Source: Geobacter sp. (lineage in GTDB: Bacteria; Desulfobacterota; Desulfuromonadia; Geobacterales; Pseudopelobacteraceae). From it: a stretch of DNA of 64,000 nucleotides. The position numbers and the translations under genes are program-made. The notes under the pieces were generated by a model. The model did no database searches. It saw only the letters and a program-made list of their open reading frames with translations, and was not told the origin of the DNA. Positions 31,665 through 41,507 of the stretch are shown in pieces. The stretch spans positions 6,664 through 70,663 of the forward strand of contig JANYBN010000099.1 in NCBI GenBank assembly GCA_025360785.1. Direction: 5' to 3'. Numbering within the stretch: the first letter of the stretch is position 1; every line of letters begins with the position of its first letter.

Positions 31665-32300
31665 ATGGAGATCGAAATGGCACTTCAAAAACCATCACTT
31701 CTTGAAACTATATCGGGAAGCCTTCCGGTTATTTCTACTGCAACTGTCTTGGCGACATATGTCGGAACCCCTCTTGCTGCCTTGCTTCCAGTTTTATCTC
31801 AGTCTATAGCTTCAGAGCGACATAAGAAAAGAGTCGAAAAAGCATTGGAAGAAATAGAACTCGTCCTTAGTCAGCAAGAAGATAAATTGAAAGAGCTATC
31901 AGACTCACAATATAAATTAGTAAATGAAGTGATTTTTACGATATTGGCTACAACAGAACAGGAGAAAATTGAATTTTTAAAGGCAACAATAAGAAATGCA
32001 CTCAATCAAGATCAAGTCTCTACATCAACGGTAACACAAATTTCTAGAGTACTAAGAGATATCACTGTCGATGAACTTCTCTTCCTAATGAAGCACTCCC
32101 ACTTATCACGCATCATATTCTCTGGTAAGCCTATGAATGATCAGGAATTGCTTGTTGATGTACATTCAAAGGAAGGAGCTATAGTATCTGGGCTCATTTC
32201 CTTAGGTTTAATGGTTCCTGGTGCAGCAACTTTTGACGACGTTGGACGTTATCAGTTTTCAGATTTAGTTAGGAGTGTAGTTGAAATAATAAGCTCATAA
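31665..32300 (+). CDS. orphan hypothetical protein in a visibly AT-rich segment
   Basis: 211-aa ORF, possibly starting at the second ATG at 31677 (GGAG 6 nt upstream). Composition differs clearly from the flanks. The sequence is helical and Glu/Lys/Leu-rich, and I recognise no family. Confidence 0.5.
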   Translation: MEIEMALQKPSLLETISGSLPVISTATVLATYVGTPLAALLPVLSQSIASERHKKRVEKALEEIELVLSQQEDKLKELSDSQYKLVNEVIFTILATTEQEKIEFLKATIRNALNQDQVSTSTVTQISRVLRDITVDELLFLMKHSHLSRIIFSGKPMNDQELLVDVHSKEGAIVSGLISLGLMVPGAATFDDVGRYQFSDLVRSVVEIISS

Positions 32301-32338
32301 CATGCCACTAGAGCCGATTCGCTGACGCTCACGGCTCA

Positions 32339-32764
32339 GTGGCAACGCCGATAGGAGGCGGACTGAAACGCAGCCAGCTTGATCGCAGAGAGCACGAGGA
32401 AATAGCTACCTTTGACGAGCGGATTCTCGGCAGTGGCGAATTTGTCGAAGCACTGACCGGAGGAGGCAACCTGAGGGAGCAGAAAAAAGCTCGACTTACC
32501 TTGCTTGCTCTTCTTGAAAAAATCAGTGCCGTAACCGGAACACCAGTTGACAAACTGCAAAGTCCCGGCAAAGAACGTGTCATTGCGCGAGCCAAGGCCA
32601 TCTTCTGTTACTGTGCTGTCAGGGAGTACAACTATACGGCGACAGAGGCCGGTAGAATAGTGATAATTGGTTCGGCAGGCGCATCAGTCGCGGTCAGACG
32701 GGGTGGAGAACTGCTGAAAGGTGATCAGGAACTGAGGGAAAAATTGCTGAATGCGGATGGTTAG
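32339..32764 (+). pseudogene. 5'-truncated Y1 (IS200/RayT-like) transposase remnant retaining only the C-terminal DnaA-C-like HTH part
   Basis: GGGLKRSQ...DERILGSGEFVE...SPGKERVIARAKAIFCYCAVREYNYTATEAGRIV matches the C-terminal third of the roughly 300-aa transposase family common in deltaproteobacteria. An in-frame TGA at 32324 lies just upstream, and there is no Y1 catalytic domain. Confidence 0.55.
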
Positions 32765-32834
32765 TTGATTAGTTAGCAACTTCCCCTTGGCTTCCACGAG
32801 TTGGCAGGAACTCAATTTTTTAAAGGACCAAACA

Positions 32835-33326
32835 ATGAACTATCAGATCGGACAACCCGGGCGGATCATCGTGGTCCGGTTCAACGATGGCGATGATGTG
32901 ATCGGCGGACTGGAGGAGATCGCCCGCACGGAAAACCTGCGGGCCGCGAGTTTCAGCCTGGTGGGGGGAATCAAAAAGGGGGGCTACGTGGTCGGCCCAG
33001 AGACCGAGGCGATGCCGCCGGTGCCGGTGTGGCGCGACCTGGCCGAAAGCCATGAGGCGACCGGCTTCGGCACCATCTTCTGGCACGGCGACCAGCCCAA
33101 GGTGCATTTCCACGGCGCTTACGCCAAGCACGACCACGTCCGGGCAGGCTGCCTGCGCCGGGACAGCGAGGCCTTCCTGGTGCTGGAGGTGGTCATAACT
33201 GAGCTCCTCGGCATCGAAGCCCGCCGCGAACTCGACCCCGAATCTGGCATGGTGCTCCTGCGCTTGGCACTCGGAAAGTCGAAAAGTGAATTACCCAAAC
33301 TCTTCGCCGGACCGGCAGTGATTTGA
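32835..33326 (+). CDS. PPC/DUF296-domain protein
   Basis: MNYQIGQPGRIIVVRFNDGDDVIGGLEEIA...FSLVGGIKKG...HFHGAY pattern of the plants-and-prokaryotes-conserved domain. I take the ATG at 32835. Confidence 0.55.
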   Translation: MNYQIGQPGRIIVVRFNDGDDVIGGLEEIARTENLRAASFSLVGGIKKGGYVVGPETEAMPPVPVWRDLAESHEATGFGTIFWHGDQPKVHFHGAYAKHDHVRAGCLRRDSEAFLVLEVVITELLGIEARRELDPESGMVLLRLALGKSKSELPKLFAGPAVI

Positions 33327-33420
33327 CGGACAATTGACTTTTAAATACCAGGGTTCTGCAAGCGGCTTCGTTTTCCATCTGGAAGGCGGGGCCGTTTTTT
33401 TTGCACTGGAAGTTTAGTTA

Positions 33421-33462
33421 TTGACCAACCAAATCACAATGATTACAATGTATGCAATTGTA
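33421..33462 (+). promoter_or_regulatory. promoter plus operator-like dyad for the parDE-type TA pair
   Basis: TTGACC-17 nt-TACAAT. The -10 element forms an inverted repeat, TACAAT-gtatgca-ATTGTA. Confidence 0.55.
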
Positions 33463-33479
33463 TTACATGGAGGCTTGGC

Positions 33480-33737
33480 ATGCTTAAAACCGCCAGTTTA
33501 ACAGTACGAGTCAAACCCGACACCAAAACTCGCCTTGACAATCTCGCCCGCGTTACGCGCCGCTCAATGTCTTATGTAATTGAAGATGCGTTGGAGCGGT
33601 ATCTGGATGTTAATGAATGGCAGATCAAGGGTATTCAGGAAGCGTTGCTGGAAACTGAAAGCCCGGGAGAAGCCATAGTGGAGCATGACGAAGTACTGGC
33701 GGCGTGGGAGGTAAAAGTTGCGCGTAAGGTGGCTTAA
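33480..33737 (+). CDS. parD: ribbon-helix-helix antitoxin (ParD/CopG type)
   Basis: 85 aa. The SLTVRVKPDTKTRLDNLARVTRRSMSYVIEDALERYL RHH fold motif is present. The 3' end overlaps the toxin gene. Confidence 0.75.
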   Translation: MLKTASLTVRVKPDTKTRLDNLARVTRRSMSYVIEDALERYLDVNEWQIKGIQEALLETESPGEAIVEHDEVLAAWEVKVARKVA

Positions 33738-34002
33738 AAAAGCAATTAGCGACCTCGACGAGGCCATGGCGTATATTGCGCAGGACGATCCGGAGGCTGC
33801 AACTTCAGTGACTTTGAGAGTTGTCTGGGCAGTATCGCTTTTGAAAGAACAACCCGGCATCGGCCTGCCAGGCCGGGTACCCGGCACAAAAGAGTTGATC
33901 GTGCAAAACACACCTTTCGTTGTGCCGTACCGGGTCAAGGATGATACCGTACAGATAATTCGTGTTTATCATTCATACCGCATTTGGCCGGAACGGTTGT
34001 AG
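33718..34002 (+). CDS. parE: ParE/RelE-superfamily toxin
   Basis: 94 aa with a TTG start. A.SDLDEAMAYIAQDDPEAA...PGRVPGTKELIV..TPFVVPYRV.DDTVQIIRVYH is the typical ParE pattern. Confidence 0.75.
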   Translation: MRVRWLKKAISDLDEAMAYIAQDDPEAATSVTLRVVWAVSLLKEQPGIGLPGRVPGTKELIVQNTPFVVPYRVKDDTVQIIRVYHSYRIWPERL

Positions 34003-34091
34003 AACTTCTTTTTACATGCCCCCCTTATCCCGCCCTGATTCAAAACCTCAATGATTGTCTGTCATAAAACATTCGCTCCCCTTCCCTCTCC

Positions 34092-34121
34092 TTGACACTG
34101 CATCTTGCCATGAGGCATAAT
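34092..34121 (+). promoter_or_regulatory. sigma70-type promoter candidate for dnaE
   Basis: TTGACA-18 nt-CATAAT, about 35 nt upstream of the ATG. Confidence 0.4.
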
Positions 34122-34155
34122 CGACCCTCATTGATTTACTCGGAGGCAGCAGCGC

Positions 34156-37100
34156 ATGGAAACGCCCGACAACACCGATAGCACCCCTTCTTCCAGTTTC
34201 GTCCACCTCCATCTCCATACCCAATATTCCCTGCTCGACGGCGCGATCCGCTTCGACGACCTGATCGAAAAGGCCAAACAGTTCAACATGCCGGCGGTCG
34301 CGATCACCGACCACGGCAACATGTTCGGCGCGGCGGAATTTTACCTCAAATGCAAGAAGGCCGGCGTCAAGCCGATCATCGGTTGCGAGCTCTACCTGGC
34401 GCCAGGATCGCGCTTTTCCCGTGACTCCAAAGGAATCTCCGACGCGGCCTACCATCTGATCCTGCTCTGCGAAAACATGGAAGGGTACAAGAATCTTTCC
34501 TATCTGACTTCGGCCGGCTACAAGGAGGGGTTTTACTACCGCCCCCGCATCGACCGCGAACTGCTCGCCGGGCACTCCGAAGGGCTGATAGCCATGTCGG
34601 CCTGCCTTAAAGGAGAAGTGGCGATGCAGTGCGGACGCGGCAACATGGAAGATGCCATCGCCACCGCCAAATGGTACAGCGAGCTGTTCCCCGACCGCTA
34701 CTACATCGAACTGCAGGAAAACACGATCCCCGAGCAGGATGTAGTCAACAAGCGCCTGATTGAGGTGGCGTCCGAACTAAAGCTGCCGCTGGTGGCGACC
34801 AACGACTGCCATTACCTGAATAAAGAAGACGCCCGGGCCCATGAGGTGCTGCTCTGCATCCAGACCGGCAAGACCATGGAAGACCCGACCCACATGCGGT
34901 TCTCGGTCGAAGAGTTCTACGTCAAGTCTCCGCAAGAGATGGAACAGGCCTTTTCCTATGCGCCCGAGGCGGTCAGCAATACGCTGAAAATAGCCGAACG
35001 CTGTAACCTCGATCTGCCGGTGGACGGCAAGACCTATTACTTCCCGCACTTCGACCCGCCTGCGGGCCAGAACCATGACGACATGCTGCGGGATCTGGCT
35101 ACCGAAGGGCTGAAAGAGCGCATGGTAACCATCCTGGCCAAGTATCCCGACATGACGCTGGAACAGCAGCAGGGGTACTTTGACCGTCTGGAAATCGAGC
35201 TGGATTGTATCCGCGACATGAAATTTCCGGCTTACTTCCTGATCGTTTCCGACTTTATCCGCTGGGCCAAGGAAAAAGGGATTCCGGTCGGCCCCGGCAG
35301 AGGTTCCGCCGCCGGTTCGCTGGTGGCCTATTCCATCAAGATCACCGATATCGACCCGCTCCCCTACAACCTGCTGTTCGAACGTTTCCTCAATCCGGAA
35401 CGTATCTCTATGCCTGATATCGACGTTGACTTCTGCCAGGACCGCCGTGGTGAAGTCATCCAGTACATGATCGAAAAGTATGGCCGTGACCGCGTCTGCC
35501 AGATCATCACCTTTGGAACCATGGGCGCCAAGGCGGCCATCCGCGATGTCGGGCGGGCGCTGAACATGACCTATGGCGATGTTGACCGCATTGCCAAGCT
35601 GATTCCAGATGATTTGAAGATGACCCTGAGCAAGGCCCTGCAGCAGGAGCCGCAGCTGAAGGAGATGTGCGCCGCCGACCCGCAGGTCAAGGATCTGCTC
35701 GACACCGCGCTCTGCCTCGAAGGACTCACCCGCCACGCCTCGACCCACGCCGCCGCCGTCGTAGTTGCCCCCGATCAGCTGGAAGAATTCCTGCCGCTCT
35801 ACAAGGACCAGAAGACCGGTTCGATCAACACCCAGTATTCGATGAAATATGTCGAGCTGGTCGGCCTGGTCAAGTTCGACTTTCTGGGGCTCAAAAACCT
35901 GACCGTCATCGAGAACGCCGTAAAGCTGGTACGGGTGAATGTGCCGGAGTTTGACATCACCACACTGCGCGACGACGACCAGGCCAGTTATGACCTGATC
36001 AGCGTCGGCAACACCACCGGGGTGTTCCAGCTTGAGTCGAGCGGCATAAAGGAGATGCTGGTCAAGTTGAAGCCTTCCTGTTTCGAGGACGTCATCGCCG
36101 CCTGCGCCCTCTACCGTCCCGGCCCGCTGGGATGCGGCATGGTGGACGACTTCATCGAACGCAAGCATGGCCGCCAGAAGGTGGTCTTCGATCTCCCGGA
36201 GCTGGAGCCGATCCTGAAAGACACCTACGGCGTCATCGTCTATCAGGAACAGGTCATGCAGATCTCCCGGACCCTGGCCGGGTATTCACTAGGCCAGGCC
36301 GACCTGCTGCGCCGCGCCATGGGTAAAAAGGACGCCAAAGAGATGGAACGCCAGAAGGATACCTTCCTGGCCGGCGCCAAAGAGCTGAAGATCGACACAA
36401 AAAAGGCCGAAGCGATCTTCGACCAGATGGCCAAATTCGCCGAGTACGGCTTCAACAAGTCTCACTCGGCCGCCTACGCTCTGATCGCCTACCAGACCGC
36501 CTTTTTGAAGGCCCACTATCCGGTCGAGTTCATGGCAGCGCTGCTGACCTGCGACATGGACAGCACCGAGAAGGTCGTCAAGAACATCAGTGATTGCCGT
36601 GGACAGGGCATTGAAGTCCTGCCACCCGATATCAACACGTCCGGACTTTCCTTCACCGTCGTCGGAGCATCGATGCGTTTCGGCCTGGGAGCGGTAAAGA
36701 ATGTCGGAACCGGCGCCATCGAAGCCATTCTCGAATCACGTACCGAAGGCCCCTTCAAGAATCTGTACGATTTCTGCGAGCGGGTTGATCTGCGCCGCGT
36801 CAACAAGCGGGTGATCGAATCGCTGATCAAGTGCGGTGCGTTCGATTCCACCGGCGCATTCAGATCTGCCCAGATGGAGGGACTGGAAGCGGCATCAAAC
36901 TATGGCCAGAAGATCCAGGAAGAAAAGGCCAGCGCCCAGGTTTCGCTGTTCGGCACGGAAGAGGTATCGCGAGGCAATGCCACCGGCGGCATGAGACTTC
37001 CCAACACCCCGGAATGGCACGACAAGGAGAAACTTGCTTTCGAGAAGGAAGCGCTCGGCTTTCTGATTACCGGCCACCCTCTTGATCGCTACATCGACGA

Positions 37101-37710
37101 CATCAAACGCCTGACCAACACTGACATCTCCAGCATGGTGGAGATGGCTGAAGGGAGTGAGGTGCGGATCTGCGGCATCGTCTCCGCCTTCAAGGAAATT
37201 ACGACCAAAAAAGGTGACCGGATGGGCTTCGTAACCATCGAGGACTTGACCGGCTCGGTCGAAATCACCGTCTTTTCAGACATTTATGCAACCGCTTCTC
37301 CGCTCTTGAAATCCGATGACCCGCTACTGGTGGTCGGCAAGCTGGAAAAAGGAGAAAAAGGGTGCAAAGTGCTGATCATGAAGGGTGGCGAGGAGAATAA
37401 CGGCAGGAAGTTCCAGCGTGATCGCGGCCCGGCTGGCGATATCAAGCTGCTTGCCGATGCACGGGCACAGACAACCAGGAAAGTGTCCTTCATCCTGCGT
37501 GCCGAGGAGACTCCGCCGGAGCAGATGACACTCCTCAAAGAGGTCATTGAACGGCACCCCGGAACTGTGCCGGCCTCTCTCCAGTTCCTGATACCGGCGC
37601 GGAGCCGTTCCTTCATGCCTTTGGCAACAGGAATGAACGTAGCGGCCAGTGATGAATTAAGGCTGGAAGTAGAGAGATTGTTAGGGTATAATGCCGCCAC
37701 TTTTGAGTAA
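34156..37710 (+). CDS. dnaE: DNA polymerase III alpha subunit
   Basis: 1184 aa. PHP domain FVHLHLHTQYSLLDG, and the polymerase core with the FERFLNPERISMPDIDVDF motif. Confidence 0.97.
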   Translation: METPDNTDSTPSSSFVHLHLHTQYSLLDGAIRFDDLIEKAKQFNMPAVAITDHGNMFGAAEFYLKCKKAGVKPIIGCELYLAPGSRFSRDSKGISDAAYHLILLCENMEGYKNLSYLTSAGYKEGFYYRPRIDRELLAGHSEGLIAMSACLKGEVAMQCGRGNMEDAIATAKWYSELFPDRYYIELQENTIPEQDVVNKRLIEVASELKLPLVATNDCHYLNKEDARAHEVLLCIQTGKTMEDPTHMRFSVEEFYVKSPQEMEQAFSYAPEAVSNTLKIAERCNLDLPVDGKTYYFPHFDPPAGQNHDDMLRDLATEGLKERMVTILAKYPDMTLEQQQGYFDRLEIELDCIRDMKFPAYFLIVSDFIRWAKEKGIPVGPGRGSAAGSLVAYSIKITDIDPLPYNLLFERFLNPERISMPDIDVDFCQDRRGEVIQYMIEKYGRDRVCQIITFGTMGAKAAIRDVGRALNMTYGDVDRIAKLIPDDLKMTLSKALQQEPQLKEMCAADPQVKDLLDTALCLEGLTRHASTHAAAVVVAPDQLEEFLPLYKDQKTGSINTQYSMKYVELVGLVKFDFLGLKNLTVIENAVKLVRVNVPEFDITTLRDDDQASYDLISVGNTTGVFQLESSGIKEMLVKLKPSCFEDVIAACALYRPGPLGCGMVDDFIERKHGRQKVVFDLPELEPILKDTYGVIVYQEQVMQISRTLAGYSLGQADLLRRAMGKKDAKEMERQKDTFLAGAKELKIDTKKAEAIFDQMAKFAEYGFNKSHSAAYALIAYQTAFLKAHYPVEFMAALLTCDMDSTEKVVKNISDCRGQGIEVLPPDINTSGLSFTVVGASMRFGLGAVKNVGTGAIEAILESRTEGPFKNLYDFCERVDLRRVNKRVIESLIKCGAFDSTGAFRSAQMEGLEAASNYGQKIQEEKASAQVSLFGTEEVSRGNATGGMRLPNTPEWHDKEKLAFEKEALGFLITGHPLDRYIDDIKRLTNTDISSMVEMAEGSEVRICGIVSAFKEITTKKGDRMGFVTIEDLTGSVEITVFSDIYATASPLLKSDDPLLVVGKLEKGEKGCKVLIMKGGEENNGRKFQRDRGPAGDIKLLADARAQTTRKVSFILRAEETPPEQMTLLKEVIERHPGTVPASLQFLIPARSRSFMPLATGMNVAASDELRLEVERLLGYNAATFE

Positions 37711-37765
37711 GAGTAAAAAAATAAAATTACCACGCAATTACAGGAATACAGACGAAAGCCTGTCT

Positions 37766-37883
37766 AACAGGGATACACAGGATGAACAGGATAACTGCAA
37801 CAGATTTTTTTTGCCTTCATCCTGGCCATCCCCTTCATCCCTGTTAAAATTTGATTTTGATTTTCTGTTAAAATCCGTATCCC
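37766..37883. repeat. cluster of short inverted and direct repeats in the dnaE-accA spacer
   Basis: AACAGGGATacacAGGATGAAcAGGAT faces cTTCATCCTggccatcccCTTCATCCCTGTT. CTGTTAAAAT occurs twice (37841, 37865), TTGATT is in tandem, and there is a T8 run at 37805. Confidence 0.6.
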
Positions 37884-37909
37884 GTGGTAAATAACTTTGA
37901 GGTGTCATC

Positions 37910-38866
37910 ATGGCTACTCCGTTTTATCTTGAATTTGAAAAACCGATTGTCGAACTGGAAAAGAAAATTGAAGAATTGAATGCGCTGGCCGGCGGCGGCC
38001 TGGACATCGGCGCCGATGTAACCGCTCTTGAAGGTCGCGTCGAGGAGATGCGGGCCGATATTTTCTCCAACCTCTCCCGCTGGCAGACCGCGCAGGTGGC
38101 CCGTCACATCAACCGGCCTTTTACACAGGACTATATCAATCTGATGTTCACGGAGTTCGTTGAATTGCACGGCGACCGGAACTACGGCGACGATCACGCC
38201 ATTGTCGGCGGCCTGGCACGCTTTAACGGCCAGCCGGTTATGGTTTTAGGACACCAGAAGGGGCGCGACACCAAGGAGAAGGTCTACCGCAATTTCGGCA
38301 TGCCCAATCCTGAAGGATACCGCAAAGCGCTGCGTTTGATGCAGATGGCAGAGCAGTTCAAACTGCCGGTAATCACTTTTGTAGACACCCCCGGCGCCTA
38401 TCCCGGCATCGGCGCCGAAGAGCGCGGCCAGGCCGAGGCGATTGCCCGCAACCTGCGGGAGATGGCCAGTCTGCGCACCCCGGTCATTGTCTGCATCACC
38501 GGCGAAGGCGGCTCCGGCGGAGCATTGGCAATAGCGGTCGGCGACCGGATTCTGATGTTGGAACATTCAGTCTATGCCGTTATCTCTCCGGAAGGATGCG
38601 CCGCCATCCTCTGGTCGGACGGGACAAAGGGAGCCCAGGCTGCAGAGGCACTCAAGCCGACGGCACAGGACATCATCAAGCTCGGCGTCATCGACGAGAT
38701 CATCAAGGAACCGGTCGGCGGAGCCCACCGCGACCACGAACTCACCGCCAAGAATATGAAAGAGGCTATTACCCGCAACCTGAACGAGCTGAACAAGCTT
38801 TCCGGAGATGAACTCGTCGAAGGGCGCTACAAGAAATTCAGAGCTATGACAAGGATTGCGGAGTAG
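37910..38866 (+). CDS. accA: acetyl-CoA carboxylase carboxyltransferase alpha subunit
   Basis: [17 protein letters not shown]..., [20 protein letters not shown] motifs. Confidence 0.95.
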   Translation: MATPFYLEFEKPIVELEKKIEELNALAGGGLDIGADVTALEGRVEEMRADIFSNLSRWQTAQVARHINRPFTQDYINLMFTEFVELHGDRNYGDDHAIVGGLARFNGQPVMVLGHQKGRDTKEKVYRNFGMPNPEGYRKALRLMQMAEQFKLPVITFVDTPGAYPGIGAEERGQAEAIARNLREMASLRTPVIVCITGEGGSGGALAIAVGDRILMLEHSVYAVISPEGCAAILWSDGTKGAQAAEALKPTAQDIIKLGVIDEIIKEPVGGAHRDHELTAKNMKEAITRNLNELNKLSGDELVEGRYKKFRAMTRIAE

Positions 38867-38906
38867 AGAAAAAACTCCGTATTTCTCAGACAACAGCAAA
38901 ATAAAA

Positions 38907-38946
38907 GGGGCGAAGCAGATATATAATTGCTTCGCCCCTGTTTTTA
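38907..38946 (+). terminator. rho-independent terminator after accA
   Basis: GGGGCGAAGCA-gatatataat-TGCTTCGCCCC followed by TGTTTTTAT. Confidence 0.8.
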
Positions 38947-38970
38947 TAATCACGAGAGGCGCTAATCCTG

Positions 38971-40584
38971 TTGAAATTCATGAAACCCGAATCAACCCAA
39001 GCAAAACATTTAAAAAATTCTTTTCTTGAACCTGTAAGAAGACCTTCGAGTAATTGCACTAACAGAGGCTTCATTGCCTTACTTTGCATTGCGCTTGCTG
39101 TCATTATTTTAACAGTATATATGCAAGTCGGAAATCACCAGTTCCTGAATTTCGACGATGATGCCTACGTCACCAATAACCCGCATGTAGTGAGTGGCAT
39201 AACCGGTAAAAACATTATCCGGGCGTTTACATCCATTGATGAAGCCAACTGGCATCCGGTCACATGGCTATCGCACATGGCGGACGCCCAGCTTTACGGC
39301 ATGAACCCACGCGGCCACCATCTCACGAGCGTAGCTATTCATACAATCTCCGCACTGCTCCTCTTACTCCTTCTTCTCCGCTTGACCGACGCACTTTGGC
39401 AAAGTTCATTCGTAGTCGCTTTATTCGCGCTCCACCCGCTGCATGTGGAGTCTGTTGCCTGGGTGGCGGAAAGGAAGGATGTCCTCAGCGCGATGTTCTG
39501 GTTTCTCACGCTCCTCTTATATTCCGGATACGTGGCGAAGCGCAAAACATCGCTGTACATTCTCACTTTTATTTCCTTTGTCCTGGGACTGATGTCCAAA
39601 CCGATGCTCGTAACGCTTCCCATTATCATGCTTTTGTTGGATTTCTGGCCTATTGACCGAATCCGAAGCGAAGATCAGGAACAAGGTCTACACCAAATCA
39701 CAGACAGGATAACAGCTCTAATAAAAGAAAAATTCCCGTTCTTTGCTTTTGCAATATTTTCAGGAATTATTACCCTCTACGCACAGCATAGAGGGGGGGC
39801 TTTACTTGACCTTAATTCCGTGTCCATGGGACACCGGATTGAAAACGCCCTGCTTGCTTATGTGAAGTATATCGGCAAAACATTTTGGCCCAACGGTTTG
39901 GCCGTCTATTACCCATTCTCTTCGAATATCCCGCTCTGGCAGGCTATCAGTTCACTATTCATTCTGCTCCTGTTGTCTGCTGCCGCTATGCGGGCCTGGC
40001 GTCGCTGTCCATATATTATGGTGGGATGGTTTTGGTTCCTTATAACGCTTGCACCGGTTATCGGCTTAATTCAGGTGGGAAACCAGTCAATGGCAGACCG
40101 TTACACTTACATCCCGGTTACAGGACTTTTTATTATGGCGGCATGGGGTATCCCGGATATGGCAAGGGGTTTGCGATGCCGGAAGGGCATACTTGCTTTG
40201 CTTGGTGCTGCAGTGATAATCGCCTCAACTGCATTGACGTGGCAGCAACTCGGCTACTGGCGGGACAACGTTTCTCTTTACCGGCATACTCTTCAAGTCA
40301 CTACCGACAATAAGAAGATCCATTATAATCTTGGCCGTGCCCTTGCCGACAAAGGGGATCTGAATGAAGCGATCCTGGAATTTCGCGAAGTAGCAAGGAT
40401 AAGCCCCAATGATGCGGATGCATATTACAACCTGGGGTTTGCTCTTGCCGATAGCGGGGATCTTGATTCAGCTATCCTGGAATATCGCAAGGCTCTTCAA
40501 TTAAGCCCCAATGACATGGATACGCTTAACAATCTCGGTCGGGCTCTCGCCAGAAAGATGTTGCAAAATGCCGCGGAGAAATAA
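38971..40584 (+). CDS. TPR-tailed membrane protein, TMTC/DUF1736-like (paralogue 4)
   Basis: 537 aa. FLNFDDDAYVTNNP loop, LHPLHVESVAWVAERKD motif, C-terminal TPR repeats (HYNLGRALADKGDLNEAI / YYNLGFALADSGDLDSAI). The start could instead be the ATG at 38980. Confidence 0.65.
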   Translation: MKFMKPESTQAKHLKNSFLEPVRRPSSNCTNRGFIALLCIALAVIILTVYMQVGNHQFLNFDDDAYVTNNPHVVSGITGKNIIRAFTSIDEANWHPVTWLSHMADAQLYGMNPRGHHLTSVAIHTISALLLLLLLLRLTDALWQSSFVVALFALHPLHVESVAWVAERKDVLSAMFWFLTLLLYSGYVAKRKTSLYILTFISFVLGLMSKPMLVTLPIIMLLLDFWPIDRIRSEDQEQGLHQITDRITALIKEKFPFFAFAIFSGIITLYAQHRGGALLDLNSVSMGHRIENALLAYVKYIGKTFWPNGLAVYYPFSSNIPLWQAISSLFILLLLSAAAMRAWRRCPYIMVGWFWFLITLAPVIGLIQVGNQSMADRYTYIPVTGLFIMAAWGIPDMARGLRCRKGILALLGAAVIIASTALTWQQLGYWRDNVSLYRHTLQVTTDNKKIHYNLGRALADKGDLNEAILEFREVARISPNDADAYYNLGFALADSGDLDSAILEYRKALQLSPNDMDTLNNLGRALARKMLQNAAEK

Positions 40585-40691
40585 CTTTCATCAGGTGCAG
40601 TATTGACATAACAACCATCATACGCCATTGTGTAGGATGGTATTTAATGCCATGCAATATATTATTAATTAAACCTTAGCAAAGAGGCACA

Positions 40692-41507
40692 ATGCTCGAA
40701 CGTCTGCAAAAAATCATCTCCGCCGCCGGAATCACATCACGAAGAGCATCTGAAGCTTTGATCCTGGGTGGCCAGGTCGCCGTCAACGGTGTAGTTGTCA
40801 CCGAACTGGGAAGCAAGGCCGACCCGACCAAAGACATTATTACGGTGGATGGAAAAACCCTTAAAATCAACGCACAACGCCTGTACATTCTGCTCAACAA
40901 GCCGCCGGGATATATCACCGCCTTGAAAGACAGCCAGGGACGACCGCTGGTTACCGACCTGCTGAAAGACGTGTCGGATCGTGTCTATCCGGTGGGGCGT
41001 CTGGACTACAATACCGAGGGGCTGCTGCTGTTGACCAATGACGGAGATTGGGCCAATCGTCTGATGCACCCCAGCAACGAGATCGAGAAAGAGTATCATG
41101 TCCGGGTACGAGGCAAGGTAATCGACCAGCAGCTGAAACGCATGGCGGAGGGGGTCGAACTGGAGGACGGCATGACCGCACCGGCCGTCGTAAACCTGGT
41201 GAAGAGCGGAGAGCAGAACGACTGGATATCGGTAGCAATCCACGAGGGTCGCAACCGCCAGGTACGCAGAATGTGTGAAGTCGTCAGTCTTTCAGTTGTG
41301 CGCCTGAAACGGATTCGCTACGGCAATCTTATGCTCGGCACCCTCAGGGCAGGGCAATTTCGCTACCTGACAGAAGCCGAGGTACGCGAATTATCCGGTG
41401 AACCGGCTAAGAGTCCATCTGCGGGGAATCCAAAACGCGAAGCACATCAAAAGCCAACACGTCCGGAACGGTCAGGAGGGAAAAGCAGTGGCAGTGGAAG
41501 AAGGTAA
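40692..41507 (+). CDS. rluB: 23S rRNA pseudouridine synthase (RluB/RsuA family)
   Basis: S4 domain (RLQKIISAAGITSRR), GRLDYNTEGLLLLTNDG catalytic motif, basic Gly/Lys/Arg tail. Confidence 0.85.
   Translation: MLERLQKIISAAGITSRRASEALILGGQVAVNGVVVTELGSKADPTKDIITVDGKTLKINAQRLYILLNKPPGYITALKDSQGRPLVTDLLKDVSDRVYPVGRLDYNTEGLLLLTNDGDWANRLMHPSNEIEKEYHVRVRGKVIDQQLKRMAEGVELEDGMTAPAVVNLVKSGEQNDWISVAIHEGRNRQVRRMCEVVSLSVVRLKRIRYGNLMLGTLRAGQFRYLTEAEVRELSGEPAKSPSAGNPKREAHQKPTRPERSGGKSSGSGRR

Noticed and set aside
34777-36168. 463-aa minus-strand ORF inside dnaE.
   Set aside because: It is antisense to an unambiguous DNA polymerase III alpha gene and has no motifs.
37691-37894. 67-aa ORF in the dnaE-accA spacer.
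   Set aside because: It is made almost entirely of the short repeat units, overlaps the dnaE stop, and has no RBS. I treat it as a repeat region instead.
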